18,511 nucleotides of DNA from Octopus sinensis (GCF_006345805.1 NW_021824506.1:1-18511); one strand, 5' to 3'. Counted from the stretch's first letter, positions 1 through 10,966 are shown. Numbers and translations are program-made. Notes: generated from the letters alone by a model not told the origin.

Positions 1-476
1 CCGGCTATTGTTTTTTTATTTTTTTCTTTCTGATAAAGTTCATAGCAAGAAGTAAAAAAAAAAAAGGTAAGCTTACAGCACAACGTGGCTTAAACCATGA
101 CGAAAACAATAGCTTACAACCACAAAAGATTGTGGTTTATCTTTTTTGGTGCGGGGAGGGGGCGATAAAATAATTATTCGAAATATTTATATTGTGAATT
201 ATAGATTATTAGTTTTGGTCGGATGCCAGGAATACCTAGGGAGCAGCATTAACGATTAAATCTACCCGGAACTATTATCGAACCGTTTCTACTTCTCCAC
301 CCGTTCTATAATATTGTAAATTATAATTCATTAATAAATTGAAAACAAGGGACTTCGATCTATTATTTTTTTTCTTTGCGTGTTTAGTGTCTATCCTGCA
401 CTTAATGGAGCTCTTCGGTCACTGAAAACATAAAAAAAGCACTGTATTACGGTACAGAAGTTTCTAATATAGAAAA

Positions 477-597
477 TGCGGAGTGGTGTTGCCAGAAACG
501 GGCGGGACAAAATTAATTGTCGTTGTTGCGTCTCTTTACGTTCTGCGTTCGAATCCCGTTCAGTTCAACTCGCCTTTTATTCTTCTGGGCCGATAAA
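477..597 (+). mobile_element. Heavily degraded OK-like tRNA-derived SINE (head and body remnant)
   Basis: ctttacgttctgcgttcgaatcccgttcagttcaactcgccttttattcttctgggccgataaaa aligns loosely with the younger copies in this window (tacgttctgagttcaaattccgccgaggtcgactttgcctttcatcctttcggggtcgat). It retains a B-box-like gttcgaatccc. Confidence 0.45.
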
Positions 598-785
598 ACA
601 CACTCATTCTCTGCCTCACACATACATATTTCTTTTATAATATTGACCGATTTTCATCCCTGCCATCCCTATGCCTCGTTTCCTCTTAGAATAGACTCTT
701 TTGCCACTGGCCTCCTTCTATTTGCCGGAATATAGTTTGGTAAAGGAATCGCTTATTTTAATTAGTATCTAATCTTCGTATTCAC

Positions 786-1053
786 CAATGGTTCTCAGCT
801 GAGATCCATAAGTTCCCTTATGGGTGGGGGAAGGGTCCACATAAGATTTTGCTGTTAAAATTTATCTGTAATAACGGGTTTTACTTTTGGAGTACACAAG
901 ATAGTTTAACAATTTTTTTTAACAATTCCTGAAATAATATTTAATCATAAAAATATAAAATCATTTTTTTAAAACATTGAATAGCATTGAGGGTCCATGA
1001 GCAAAACGGGATTCAAAAGGGGTCCATAGGGTAAAAATAGCTGAGAACCACTG
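786..1053. mobile_element. Non-autonomous hAT (Charlie-like) MITE, 268 bp
   Basis: 15-bp TIRs: caatggttctcagct (786-800) and agctgagaaccactg (1039-1053), 14/15 complementary. CAGTGGTTCTC is a typical hAT-Charlie terminus. The 8-bp flanks gtattcac / gtgtacac match at 6/8, consistent with a decayed TSD. An internal gggtcca motif occurs three times subterminally. Confidence 0.75.
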
Positions 1054-1063
1054 GTGTACACCA

Positions 1064-1080
1064 ACACACACACACACACA

Positions 1081-1127
<47 letters not shown>

Positions 1128-1583
1128 ACACACACACGGAAGTATTGAGACTAATTGAAAATATGTCTGATTATAAGCAAACAATTGTTGAGAATGTATA
1201 CGAGACAGCCATTCATTAAAAACTACACAGCCACACATACATACATACATACATACATACATACATACACACACACACATACATACATACATACAGACAT
1301 ACATACATACATACATACATACATACATGCATGCATACATACATACATACTACATACATCACATGCATACATACATGCATGCATACATACATGCATACAT
1401 ACATACATACATACATACACTACATACACACACACACACATACATACATACATACATACATACACTACAACATACATACATACATACATCAACCTACCAA
1501 CAACATACATACATACATACATACATACATACATACATGCATACATGCATACATACATACATACATACATGCACACATACATA
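1064..1583. repeat. (CA)n followed by compound (TACA)n/(TGCA) microsatellite
   Basis: Directly visible; it is the source of the HTYI/MYVC ORFs. Confidence 0.97.
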
Positions 1584-1759
1584 CCAATGATGGCGCTAAA
1601 TGTTAGACATAGATATAAATTAAATTATTCGTTCCAAACGATTCCAGCAAAGTGCTCGATGAAGAAATCGGTTCAAGTTTTCTGTTACATTGTAATATTA
1701 AAATAGAAATATGCTTTCAGGAGAAATGACACAGGGGAATACGATATTTTGTGTCTGTC

Positions 1760-1852
1760 TAGGGAGAGAGAGAGAGAAGAGAGAGAGAAAGTGAGAGAGA
1801 GAGAGGAGAGAGAAGTGAGTGAGAGAGTGAGAGAGAGAGAGAGTGAGAGAGA
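1760..1852. repeat. (GA)n microsatellite, interrupted
   Basis: Directly visible. Confidence 0.95.
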
Positions 1853-1954
1853 AATGGTTGAAAATGCGTCACATGTTATACATAAGTATTTTGTTTAATG
1901 AAAACAAATTTAACTTTTTAAGGGGAAAAGGCCTTTTGCCTTTAGTAGAAAGTG

Positions 1955-1967
1955 TTATTATTATCGA

Positions 1968-2007
<40 letters not shown>

Positions 2008-2040
2008 GTTATTGTTATTTTTAGTATTTCTATCTTATTA

Positions 2041-2095
<55 letters not shown>

Positions 2096-2120
2096 GTTAT
2101 TGTTATTATTATTATTTCTA

Positions 2121-2179
<59 letters not shown>

Positions 2180-2336
2180 GTTATTGTTATTATTATTATT
2201 TCTATCATTATTATTATTATTATTATTATTATTTTTATCATATTATTATTATTATTATTATTATTATCGATATTATTATTATTATTATTTCTTCATTCTT
2301 ATTATTATTATTATTCTTATTATTATTATTTTTCTA

Positions 2337-2396
<60 letters not shown>

Positions 2397-2513
2397 TTAT
2401 TTATTATTTCTATCATTATTATTATTATTATTATTTTTATCATATTATTTATTATATTATTTTTTATTATTATTCTATCATTATTATTATTATTTATTAT
2501 TATTATTTTTATC

Positions 2514-2569
<56 letters not shown>

Positions 2570-2600
2570 TTTTATTATTATTATTCATCATATATTATTA

Positions 2601-2640
<40 letters not shown>

Positions 2641-2656
2641 TTATTATTTTTATCGA

Positions 2657-2708
<52 letters not shown>

Positions 2709-2741
2709 TATTATTTTATTATTTTTCTCATTATTATTTTT

Positions 2742-2796
<55 letters not shown>
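1955..2796. repeat. Long interrupted (ATT)n tract
   Basis: Directly visible, with a recurring tttctatcat interruption. It is the source of the poly-I/Y/L ORFs. Confidence 0.97.
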
Positions 2797-2797
<1 letters not shown>

Positions 2798-3157
2798 AAA
2801 AAAAAAGAAAAAATCCAAATTGTTATCATTTTGCTGTTGTCACTTAGATTCTCTCTTGTAAGTTTCCAGACTTTTAAAGTTCGATAATAACCAAATAAAA
2901 TAAGGTAACAAAAAAAAAATAGAATTAAATTCTAACAAGAAACGTTTCGAAGAATCTGAAAGAATATTTTTGCGAGTGAGAGGTGCGACGCGTGTGAGGC
3001 GAAGAAACCATGTAAACTTGAAAGTTGTACAAATGGTTTATTGTGAAGTTGGGAAGGTTACACCGAGTCTGAACGTGACTAATTTGAATGTTGAGGGCAT
3101 GATCTCACTTGGGCTTAACAAAGCATTTATAGTTCTGGTTTATGTTAGTCTGCCGAG

Positions 3158-3324
3158 GGAGAGAGAGAGAGAAATGAATTATACAACACACACACACACG
3201 TGTATATGCGTGTACACTGACACAGAATATAGAAACACATACACACATACACACACGTACATTCATGACAAATACAACAGATTGTCCTAATACACGTGTT
3301 ACAAGTAAAGCACAAAAAGAGTTT

Positions 3325-3363
<39 letters not shown>

Positions 3364-3489
3364 TGTGGTGTGTGTTTGTGCAAGATAGAGAACCATACAC
3401 ACACACACCACACACACGTTCGTGTTTACATATGCGAGAAAAAGAGCTGGCTACTTGGTATAGTGAGTGTGTGTGTGTGTGTGTGTGTG

Positions 3490-3543
<54 letters not shown>

Positions 3544-3653
3544 TCAGTAGAGATGCCTTCTCCACGAAGAGAATATGTATATATTTATTTTATCGGCTTC
3601 GGCTACGGGTTGTAGCTTTACTAGGCCATTTCTCTTTCTCTCTCTCTCTCTCC

Positions 3654-3690
<37 letters not shown>
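3158..3690. repeat. Cluster of (GA)n, (CA)n, (GT)n, (CT)n and (TA)n microsatellites
   Basis: Directly visible. Confidence 0.9.
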
Positions 3691-3691
<1 letters not shown>

Positions 3692-3988
3692 TAGCATTAT
3701 CGCCCGGCGTTGCTCGGGTTTGTAAGGGAAATAACTATATAAGCATTTTTAGAGAGTTATAGCCAAAAAACAGCAAAAAATGCATTAAAAATGGGAAAAA
3801 AAATTATGGTAAATTTTTTTAAAAAATCGTTGACTCATCGTAGACGCGCGCTAATACCCAGAAGGGCTCGATATGAATAATGACTATAAGATACCCGGTT
3901 TTGGTTAAACTGCACCGCAAAATGTGGGAGTAGTTAGGAATCTAAATCGTAGGAGACAGACACACAACTTCTCTTTTATATATAAAGA
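3691..3988 (-). mobile_element. Non-autonomous Helitron, 298 bp
   Basis: On the minus strand the 5' end reads A|TCTTTATATATAAAAG and the 3' end reads CCCGAGCAACGCCGGG (hairpin, plus 3703-3718), then CGATAATG, then CTAG|T. The TC...CTRR termini, subterminal GC-rich hairpin, A^T insertion site and absence of a TSD are canonical Helitron features. (TA)n flanks both sides. Confidence 0.85.
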
Positions 3989-4321
3989 TATATATATACC
4001 TTTACACACACACACACACACAGGTAAGTGCAGATTACCATACTTAAAATGGTGATCAGAAAACTGTTAATCAATTGGAATTCTGTAACCGTTGTGTGAA
4101 AAAACAAACATCAACACTAATAATTGGTATTTAAAAAATGACAAGGGAGAGAACTCGAATATTTATTGAACGAATATTAAATGGGAATATGTAAACAGGA
4201 GTGATAAACCCGGGTATGTTTCGGCCGTGTTACATCTCTTCAGGAAAGCATAATTGATAGCCAACTACAAAAATCACAATTATTCGAAAAGAAAGTTTTT
4301 GTAATTGTGATAATTGTAATA

Positions 4322-4528
4322 ATGGTTTCAAATTTGGGCTCAAGGTCAACAATTTTAGGGGCAAGGAGTGTAGGTCGGTTAATCAACTGCTACTTTTTTT
4401 TTTTAACCCTAAAAGAATGAAAGGCAAAGGAAATCGGAGAAATTTCAACTCTGGTCTTGTGCCAAAAAAAGAGCCGGAAGAAAAGCCGCTGAGTATTTTG
4501 TCCGGTGCAGCGACGATTCTGCCAGCTC
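4322..4528 (-). mobile_element. Diverged OK-like SINE
   Basis: aaagaatgaaaggcaaag...aatttcaactc...gccgctgagtattttgtccggtgcagcgacgattctgccagctc is a decayed reverse complement of the SINE head and body seen at 14940-15072. Confidence 0.65.
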
Positions 4529-4535
4529 AGCTCTA

Positions 4536-4536
<1 letters not shown>

Positions 4537-4570
<34 letters not shown>

Positions 4571-4573
4571 GTA

Positions 4574-4621
<48 letters not shown>

Positions 4622-4653
4622 TAATAATAATAATAGTAATAATAATAATAATA

Positions 4654-4726
<73 letters not shown>
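4537..4726. repeat. (AAT)n microsatellite, probably the expanded tail of the adjacent minus-strand SINE
   Basis: Directly visible; it abuts the SINE 3' end at 4727. Confidence 0.95.
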
Positions 4727-4727
<1 letters not shown>

Positions 4728-4925
4728 TTCTACTATACGCACAAGGCCTGAAATTTTGTGGGAGGGGACCAGACGATTGCATCGACGCCAGTGTTTCACT
4801 GGGGATTAATTTATCGACTCCCGAAAAGATGAAAGGCAAAGTCGACCTCGGCAGAATTTGAACTCAGAACCTAAAGACGGACGAAATGCCTCTAAGCATT
4901 TTGCCCGGCGTGCAAACGATTCTGC
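4727..4925 (-). mobile_element. OK-like SINE monomer lacking about 10 nt of its 5' end
   Basis: High similarity to 14900-15060 (gatgaaaggcaaagtcgacctcggcagaatttgaactcagaac...cggcgtgcaaacgattctgc). The head is cut before cagctcgccgcc. Confidence 0.85.
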
Positions 4926-5480
4926 AGTACCAGGCAGTGGCTCTCATGGCTTCTGATCTTAACTGATTGGAAGTGTTATCATGTACATTGTTTTGTCTTG
5001 GTATAAAAGATGGGCTACAGCAAATATTCTGCTCAATACCTCAGATTTGGTTGTCAGTTGTTTGACCTTAACCAGTTGAGCATGTCCCTTGGTGGCTGAC
5101 AATATGTGCATCTCTGATCACGAGCAGAAGTAGTGGGGAAGCATCATAGCCATGTGTTGAGAGGGATTCTTCAGAGTTTGGATAATTCACCTTTGGAAGC
5201 ATGGACGTTTCGTTCAACATCCTTAAACAGCCCTTATTCAGGGACCTTTTGAGCGGAATGGGCTACTCAACCTGAAGAAAATTCTAACTGGGCCCCACCC
5301 GCAAGGTCATACGCTGTTTATCTTGTTATGAGATCACCATGTCACCGCACATATGGTTGTGATGCATGTGCCTGGTGTACCCTTATCAGACGGGTAGTCA
5401 TGATGGGTATACTGGGCTTCGTATATTTTACCCCAGTGTCACTTTGATGGCATGAACTGCTCTCTCACTCAATAATAATC

Positions 5481-5536
<56 letters not shown>
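4926..5536 (+). mobile_element. Probable 3' UTR of a non-LTR retrotransposon ending in (AAT)n; clade uncertain (R4/Dong-like is a guess)
   Basis: A 545-bp complex non-coding block ends sharply at ctctcactc|(aat)n (5471-5536). I recognise it as a common octopus repeat from memory. No ORF is available to confirm the clade. Confidence 0.5.
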
Positions 5537-5538
<2 letters not shown>

Positions 5539-6072
5539 CCTACAACCGGTGCGTGTGTTTTTACTTGCCAAAAGACCCTCCCACAGTTTGAAACTCAGAA
5601 TCTAGTGAAAATAAATAAATAATGACGATGATGATGATAATTAGTGAAGATTGAGGTTTGTGTTAATTTGATAAATTTGAAGTGGTCTTAAATAAACAGT
5701 AATTAGTTTCCAACGACACTATATTTTATTAATGAGTCGGCATTATAATTAATTACTTCAGTTTTATCTATGTAATAATCATTAACAAACCGCTATTTAT
5801 ATTTGCATCCTTTTCATCTTTTGTTTCTTTAAAAAAATTTGTTTGTATGTATTTGTTTTTATTATTTACGTATTTATTTTTGATGTCGTAATTATGCTAG
5901 CAACATTTTTTTTTTTTAGAAATTGCGGAAAATAATCGATAATAAATTGTGAAATATCGAACACGGTGCTTGATTGGTCTTTGGTAATTATAATTAGATG
6001 GTGGAGGGAGGTGGAGAGGCGGGATGTCTTGACTGCTTGTTGATTTCTGTGAAATACATATTTTTATTACAT

Positions 6073-6290
6073 GTTGTTGTTGTTGTTGTGTAGCCTGTGG
6101 TCAGTCAGTCAGGATTGAACAGACCTCTAAGCAAAGGCTTTCCACCTACGACAATCCCCACTTTGTGCAGGAATGCACAACTGCATTAACTAATGTGATC
6201 TCTGTGGGATAGATTCAGTTACTATTTCTAGCAAGTCTTGTGACCATATAGAAGATCCCTCGTTGATTTGTTCTGAGTTACATATTTTGT
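6073..6290. repeat. Unclassified dispersed repeat; related pieces at about 9045-9200 and 11745-11795
   Basis: Shared motif: ttactatttctagcaagtcttgtgacca (about 6218), ctgctatttctaccaccaggtccaacgacca (about 9157), ttgctatttctagcaggtccagcgatca (about 11758). The upstream gaacagacctctaagcaaaggctttcca resembles gagtagacttgtgatcagacattcca. Confidence 0.45.
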
Positions 6291-6687
6291 GTGTCTAATT
6301 TCGTTTGTAATATAATTTACCCTTAGACTAATGGAAAGCATAATTTGCTGTTCAATGTAGACAGTCAACCGCTTATAAATATAGTATTATTTCTCGTTCT
6401 TTCTTCGATTTTCTCCTGGCGAAGCATTTATCCAATTCAAATTATCTATAGAAATTGGTTGGCATGCAGAAACAGTATGCTGTGGAGACTTATGAACGTA
6501 ATTTTTGTGTATACGTTTGGGATACGATGAAAAGACAGTAATCGACCATCAAGCGATTACAACGCTAGGATATCAGCATTATATACATATAGTAGATGCA
6601 CCAATGACCCGTTGGCTCACAACCACTCCAAGTTGAAAATGTCGATGCGCGGCGGCAAAAGAAAAAAAAATACTATTTCAAACTTCA

Positions 6688-7117
6688 TGCCTGATTGAAG
6701 GAGGGCGGTGGTGCAATCACCGCTACAGACTCGGCCACAGACGGATCCGGCCCACACCTGACAACAGCTGTTCAACATAATTCCACGAGTCAGCAATGCC
6801 CGGACACTAAACGAGGGCGTGCTGAACGGTTTCCTCACTTTGCGCGCACTTCGGACAAGCCCGTCTGACAGCACATCCGTGCCTGTAGAGCTTGTGTCGA
6901 GCCAGTAGCGCCCCCTGGTAGCACTGTCAGGCCAAGGACATCTGGAAATAATCCATGACCGGAAAGTCTTCGGGAACAGACTAGCCAGTTCGTTCTCGTC
7001 GTCTCCCCGAGAACATCGTCGCACCCCCCCCACCACCACGAATCCCCTATAAATTTCTAAAGCGGAACATCCACCGATCCCGTTGCCCGACTCGTGGCCA
7101 GTTGTGAGCGTCTGACA
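6688..7117 (-). pseudogene. L1/Tx1-clade LINE ORF2 fragment (zf-RVT region), truncated at both ends
   Basis: Hand translation of the minus strand across a frameshift gives DENELASLFPKTFR / MDYFQMSLA*QCYQGALLARHKLYRHGCAVRRACPKCAQSEETVQHALV*CPGIADSWNYVEQLLSGVGRIRL. This contains the W...LP.RDKL.R.G...CxxC...ET..H....C pattern of the zf-RVT domain. It has two stops and frameshifts. Confidence 0.85.
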
Positions 7118-7242
7118 TAACAACAACGACAGCAACAACAACCGCAAGAACGAGATGTAATGTCAACTGAAACCAACAATTGTACGAATTCCACGAATTT
7201 CACGCAACTTAAACACACAAGTTTCACAAATCAAATATCGGG

Positions 7243-8248
7243 TATCACCACCACCACTACCACCGCCACTACCACCACCACCATCGCTGCCGCCACCACC
7301 ACCACCACCGCCACTACCACCACCACCATCGCTGCCACCACCACCACCACCACCGCCACTACCACCACCACCACCATCGCTGCCACCACCACCACCACCA
7401 CCGCCACTACCACCACCACCATCGCTGCCACCACACCACCACCACCACCCACCACTACCACCGCCATACCACCAACACCGACACTACCACCCACGACCAC
7501 CGCCACACTACCCCCCACACCAACCGCCACCACCCCACTACACCAGGCCACTACCACCACCACCAACCACCCACCATCGCCACCAAAACCCACCGCCGCA
7601 CACCACCACCACACCACCACCACCATCGCTGACACCACCACCCGCACACTACCCCACCACCACCATCGCTCCACCACCACCACCATCGCGGCCACCATCA
7701 CCACCACACCACCGCCACTACCACCACCACCATCGCTGCCCACCCCCGCCACTACCACCACCCCCACCATCGCTGCCACCAACCACCACCAAGCACTACC
7801 ACCCCACCATCGCTGCCCCACCACCACCATCGCTAGCCACCATCACCACCACCACCGCCACTACCACCACCACCATCGCTGTCACCACCGCCACTACCAC
7901 CACCACACATCGCTGTACACCACCGCCACTACCACCACCACCATCGCTGTCACCACCGCCACTACCACCACCACCACCATCGCTGCCACCACCACCACCG
8001 CCACTACCACCACCACCATCGCTGCCACCACCACCACCACCACCATCGCCACCACCACCACCACCATCGCTGCCACCACCACCATCACCACCACCACCAT
8101 CGCCACCACCACCATCATCACCACCACCACCATCGCTGTCACCACCACCACCACCACCGCCACTACCACCACCACCACCGCCACTACCACCACCACCATC
8201 GCTGCCACCACCACCACCACCACCATCGCTGCCACCACCACCATCACC
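7243..8248. repeat. (ACC)n-based tract with an approximately 40-bp higher-order unit (accaccaccatcgctgcc...accgccact)
   Basis: Directly visible; it is the source of the Thr-rich 391-aa ORF. Confidence 0.9.
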
Positions 8249-8377
8249 GCGTCCCTACTTTTTAAAATCTTCTCCCCCCCTCCCCATCTTTTCGAGTCAT
8301 TCCTGTTTTCCTTTTCTCCGTTCTTCATTTCTTGACTCCAAAATTCCCCTCTCCTCCCACCACCACCGTTTCTCTTT

Positions 8378-8613
8378 CTTTTTCCTTTTTTATTCCACCA
8401 CCACTACCACCACCACCACTACCCACCACCGCCACCAACACCAAAACCACCATCTCTACAGCTACTACCGCCACCAGCACTATTACCACCACCACTACTA
8501 CTACAACTACTGCCGCCGCCATCATTACTACTACTACTACTACTACCACTACTACTGCTGCTGCTGCTGCTACTACTACTACTACTACTACTTCTACTAC
8601 TACTACTACTGCA

Positions 8614-8646
<33 letters not shown>

Positions 8647-8755
8647 GCTACTGCTGCTGCTACTACTACTACTACTACTACAACTACTACTGCTGCTGCT
8701 GCTACTACTACCACTACTTCTACTACTACTACTGCTGCTGCTGCTGCTACTACTT

Positions 8756-8806
<51 letters not shown>

Positions 8807-8896
8807 TACTACTACTACTACTACCACTACTTCTACTACTACTACTGCTGCTGCTGCTGCTACTACTTCTACTACTACTACTACTACTACTACTAC
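8378..8896. repeat. (ACC)/(ACT)/(GCT)n trinucleotide tract
   Basis: Directly visible. Confidence 0.93.
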
Positions 8897-9224
8897 AGTG
8901 GTGTTGTAACAAGACACCCCTCTAAGGTAAACCCCTAACCACATGAATTCAGCACAACACACAAAATGGGGTCTTGAAGTAGTAGTGGCAGTGTGGTGGT
9001 GGTGGTGGCGGTAGTAGTAGTAGTAGTATTGCAGTTGTAGCAGAGTAGACCTGTTTGAGTAGACTTGTGATCAGACATTCCAGATATGACCGACCAGTCG
9101 TTGGCCAGTGCCGTTCTTATTTGAAGACGGCTACTCAAGGATTTGAGGCAATTTGGCTGCTATTTCTACCACCAGGTCCAACGACCACCTCCACTCACAC
9201 TTGTTGGCTTTTTATTTTTGTTTT

Positions 9225-9430
9225 GTCTTTTTACCTTTGGCGTGTTTCAGTCGGACTGCGGCCATGCTGGGGCAACGTCAGGAAAAAATTTTTGTCGAAT
9301 GAATCGATCACCCACGCCCAACCACCACCATGACTTAATTTGTTTTTTAAAGCCTAGTACTTATTCTATCGGACATTTTCGCCGAACCGCTACGTTACAA
9401 GAACGTAAACAAACCAACACCAGTTATCAA
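9225..9430 (-). mobile_element. 3' half of a second octopus SINE family (OR/CORE type)
   Basis: cagtcggactgcggccatgctgggg...aaagcctagtacttattctatcggacattttcgccgaaccgctacgtt...gtaaacaaaccaacacc is homologous to 13375-13530. The family and orientation are assigned from memory. Confidence 0.7.
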
Positions 9431-9431
9431 T

Positions 9432-10312
9432 GAGAACGAACTGGCTCGTCTGTGCCGGAGGACTTACCGGTCGGGAACTATCGTGGATTATTTCCAGATG
9501 TCCTTGGCCTGGTAGTGCTACCGGGGGAGTGGGGTGCTACCGGTTCGAGACAAGCTCTACAGGTACGGATGCGCCGTCAGATGTACTTGTCAGAGATGCG
9601 CTCAAAGTGAGGAAACCGTTCTGCACGCCCTCGTTCAGTGACCGGATATTGCTGACTCGTGGGGTTATGTTGAACAGCTGTTGTCAGGTGTGGGACGGAT
9701 CCGTCTGTCGGCCGAGTCTGTAGCGGTGATTGCACCGCCGCCCTCCTTCATTCGGGCAGGCAAGGCGTGTTTCCTTTGTCTGGTGGCTGTGGCGAAAGAG
9801 GTTGTTTGGTGGACAAGGCTGAAAGGCATGAGGACAGGATACATTCCTCTTTGGTAGAGCTCACACTGACCTTTTCAGGTTTCACTCGAAAAGGAAATTG
9901 AGAGTGGAGAGTGAAGTGCTGTCCTCGAGTGAGTTTACTGAAAGGCGAGTGAAAGTTGCGAAAATGGCAAGAGTGGATGGTACGTCTCTAAGTGTAGACC
10001 TTTGAGTCGGGGAGAAGGAATTGGAAAGGCCACTTGCTCTAGGGGTTTCAGGGAAGTCTTAGACAGTGGGGTTCCTCGATTATCCATAGAAGTGTTCCTG
10101 TATTAAGAGGGCCACATCTCTGTTATCCTCCCCGCCACTGTTTTCTTTAACCTTTGTATGCTATGGGAATGTCCCTTCCTTTTCATTTTAAAGAAATTCT
10201 TTTATCATTTCATCATATTTAACGTCTAACACTTTGTCTTTGTGTCATCCCCCCTTGTATTAATCCTTCGCCCTTGTGGCAAATAAATTAACCTTGTGGT
10301 TAATAAAGAAAT
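9432..10312 (+). mobile_element. 5'-truncated L1/Tx1-clade LINE: ORF2 C-terminus (zf-RVT), stop codon and 3' UTR
   Basis: The frame from 9432 reads ENELARLCRRTYRSGTIVDYFQMSLAW*CYRGSGVLPVRDKLYRYGCAVRCTCQRCAQSEETVLHALVQ*PDIADSWGYVEQLLSGVGRIRLSAESVAVIAPPPSFIRAGKACFLCLVAVAKEVVWWTRLKGMRT. After a +1 shift it continues DTFLFGRAHTDLFRFHSKRKLRVESEVLSSSEFTERRVKVAKMARVDGTSLSVDL* (stop 10003-10005). Internal stops lie at 9513 and 9639. A pyrimidine-rich 3' UTR ends near aataaagaaat. Confidence 0.88.
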
Positions 10313-10544
10313 CATCATCATCATTATTATTATTATTTATGGGTTTTTCTTCTTCTTTCAAATTTGCTTCCATTTCTTGCCGAGTGTCTTCCCGACTCCT
10401 AGGGCAAAGAAACTCATAGTATACATTGGTAGGCCATTAAACCAAACTCAATAGTTCGTTCATTTTTTTTTTTTTTTTGATAGAAATAAAGTTAAATTAA
10501 AATACATGGGTAGTAATAGTTCTCACATCGACAATGCTCTTATT

Positions 10545-10554
10545 AATATTATTA

Positions 10555-10627
<73 letters not shown>

Positions 10628-10700
10628 CATTATTATTATTATATTATTATTATCATTATTATTATATTATTATTATTATTCATTATTATTATTATTATCA

Positions 10701-10736
<36 letters not shown>

Positions 10737-10737
10737 C

Positions 10738-10771
<34 letters not shown>

Positions 10772-10797
10772 TATTATCATTATTATTATTATTATTA

Positions 10798-10834
<37 letters not shown>

Positions 10835-10871
10835 CATTATTATTATTATTATTATCATTATTATATTATTA

Positions 10872-10906
<35 letters not shown>

Positions 10907-10934
10907 TATTATCATTATTATTATTATTATTATC

Positions 10935-10966
<32 letters not shown>

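Noticed and set aside
1843-2861. Long poly-I/Y/L ORFs, and likewise 10506-11742
   Set aside because: These are translations of (ATT)n.
2970-3290. 106-aa ORF with a non-repetitive first half
   Set aside because: It has a non-ATG start and no recognisable family, and it runs into GA/CA microsatellites.
4021-4029. Consensus splice donor CAG|GTAAGT
   Set aside because: The upstream sequence is a (CA)n tract and a Helitron, with no acceptor or open exon to pair with it.
5970-6030. Reverse CCAAT and GC-box-like motifs
   Set aside because: These are short motifs expected by chance, with no other promoter or exon evidence nearby.
6617-7147. 176-aa ORF with an apparent signal peptide, and the similar ORF at 9430-9723
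   Set aside because: The hydrophobic start is a (GTT)n repeat, and most of the rest is an off-frame reading of the Tx1 fragment.
7160-8335. 391-aa Thr-rich, mucin-like ORF (also 8332-8925 and 11840-12661)
   Set aside because: (ACC)n has no stop codon in any plus frame. The ORF drifts through Thr, His and Pro frames by indels, and it has no signal peptide, domain or splice support.
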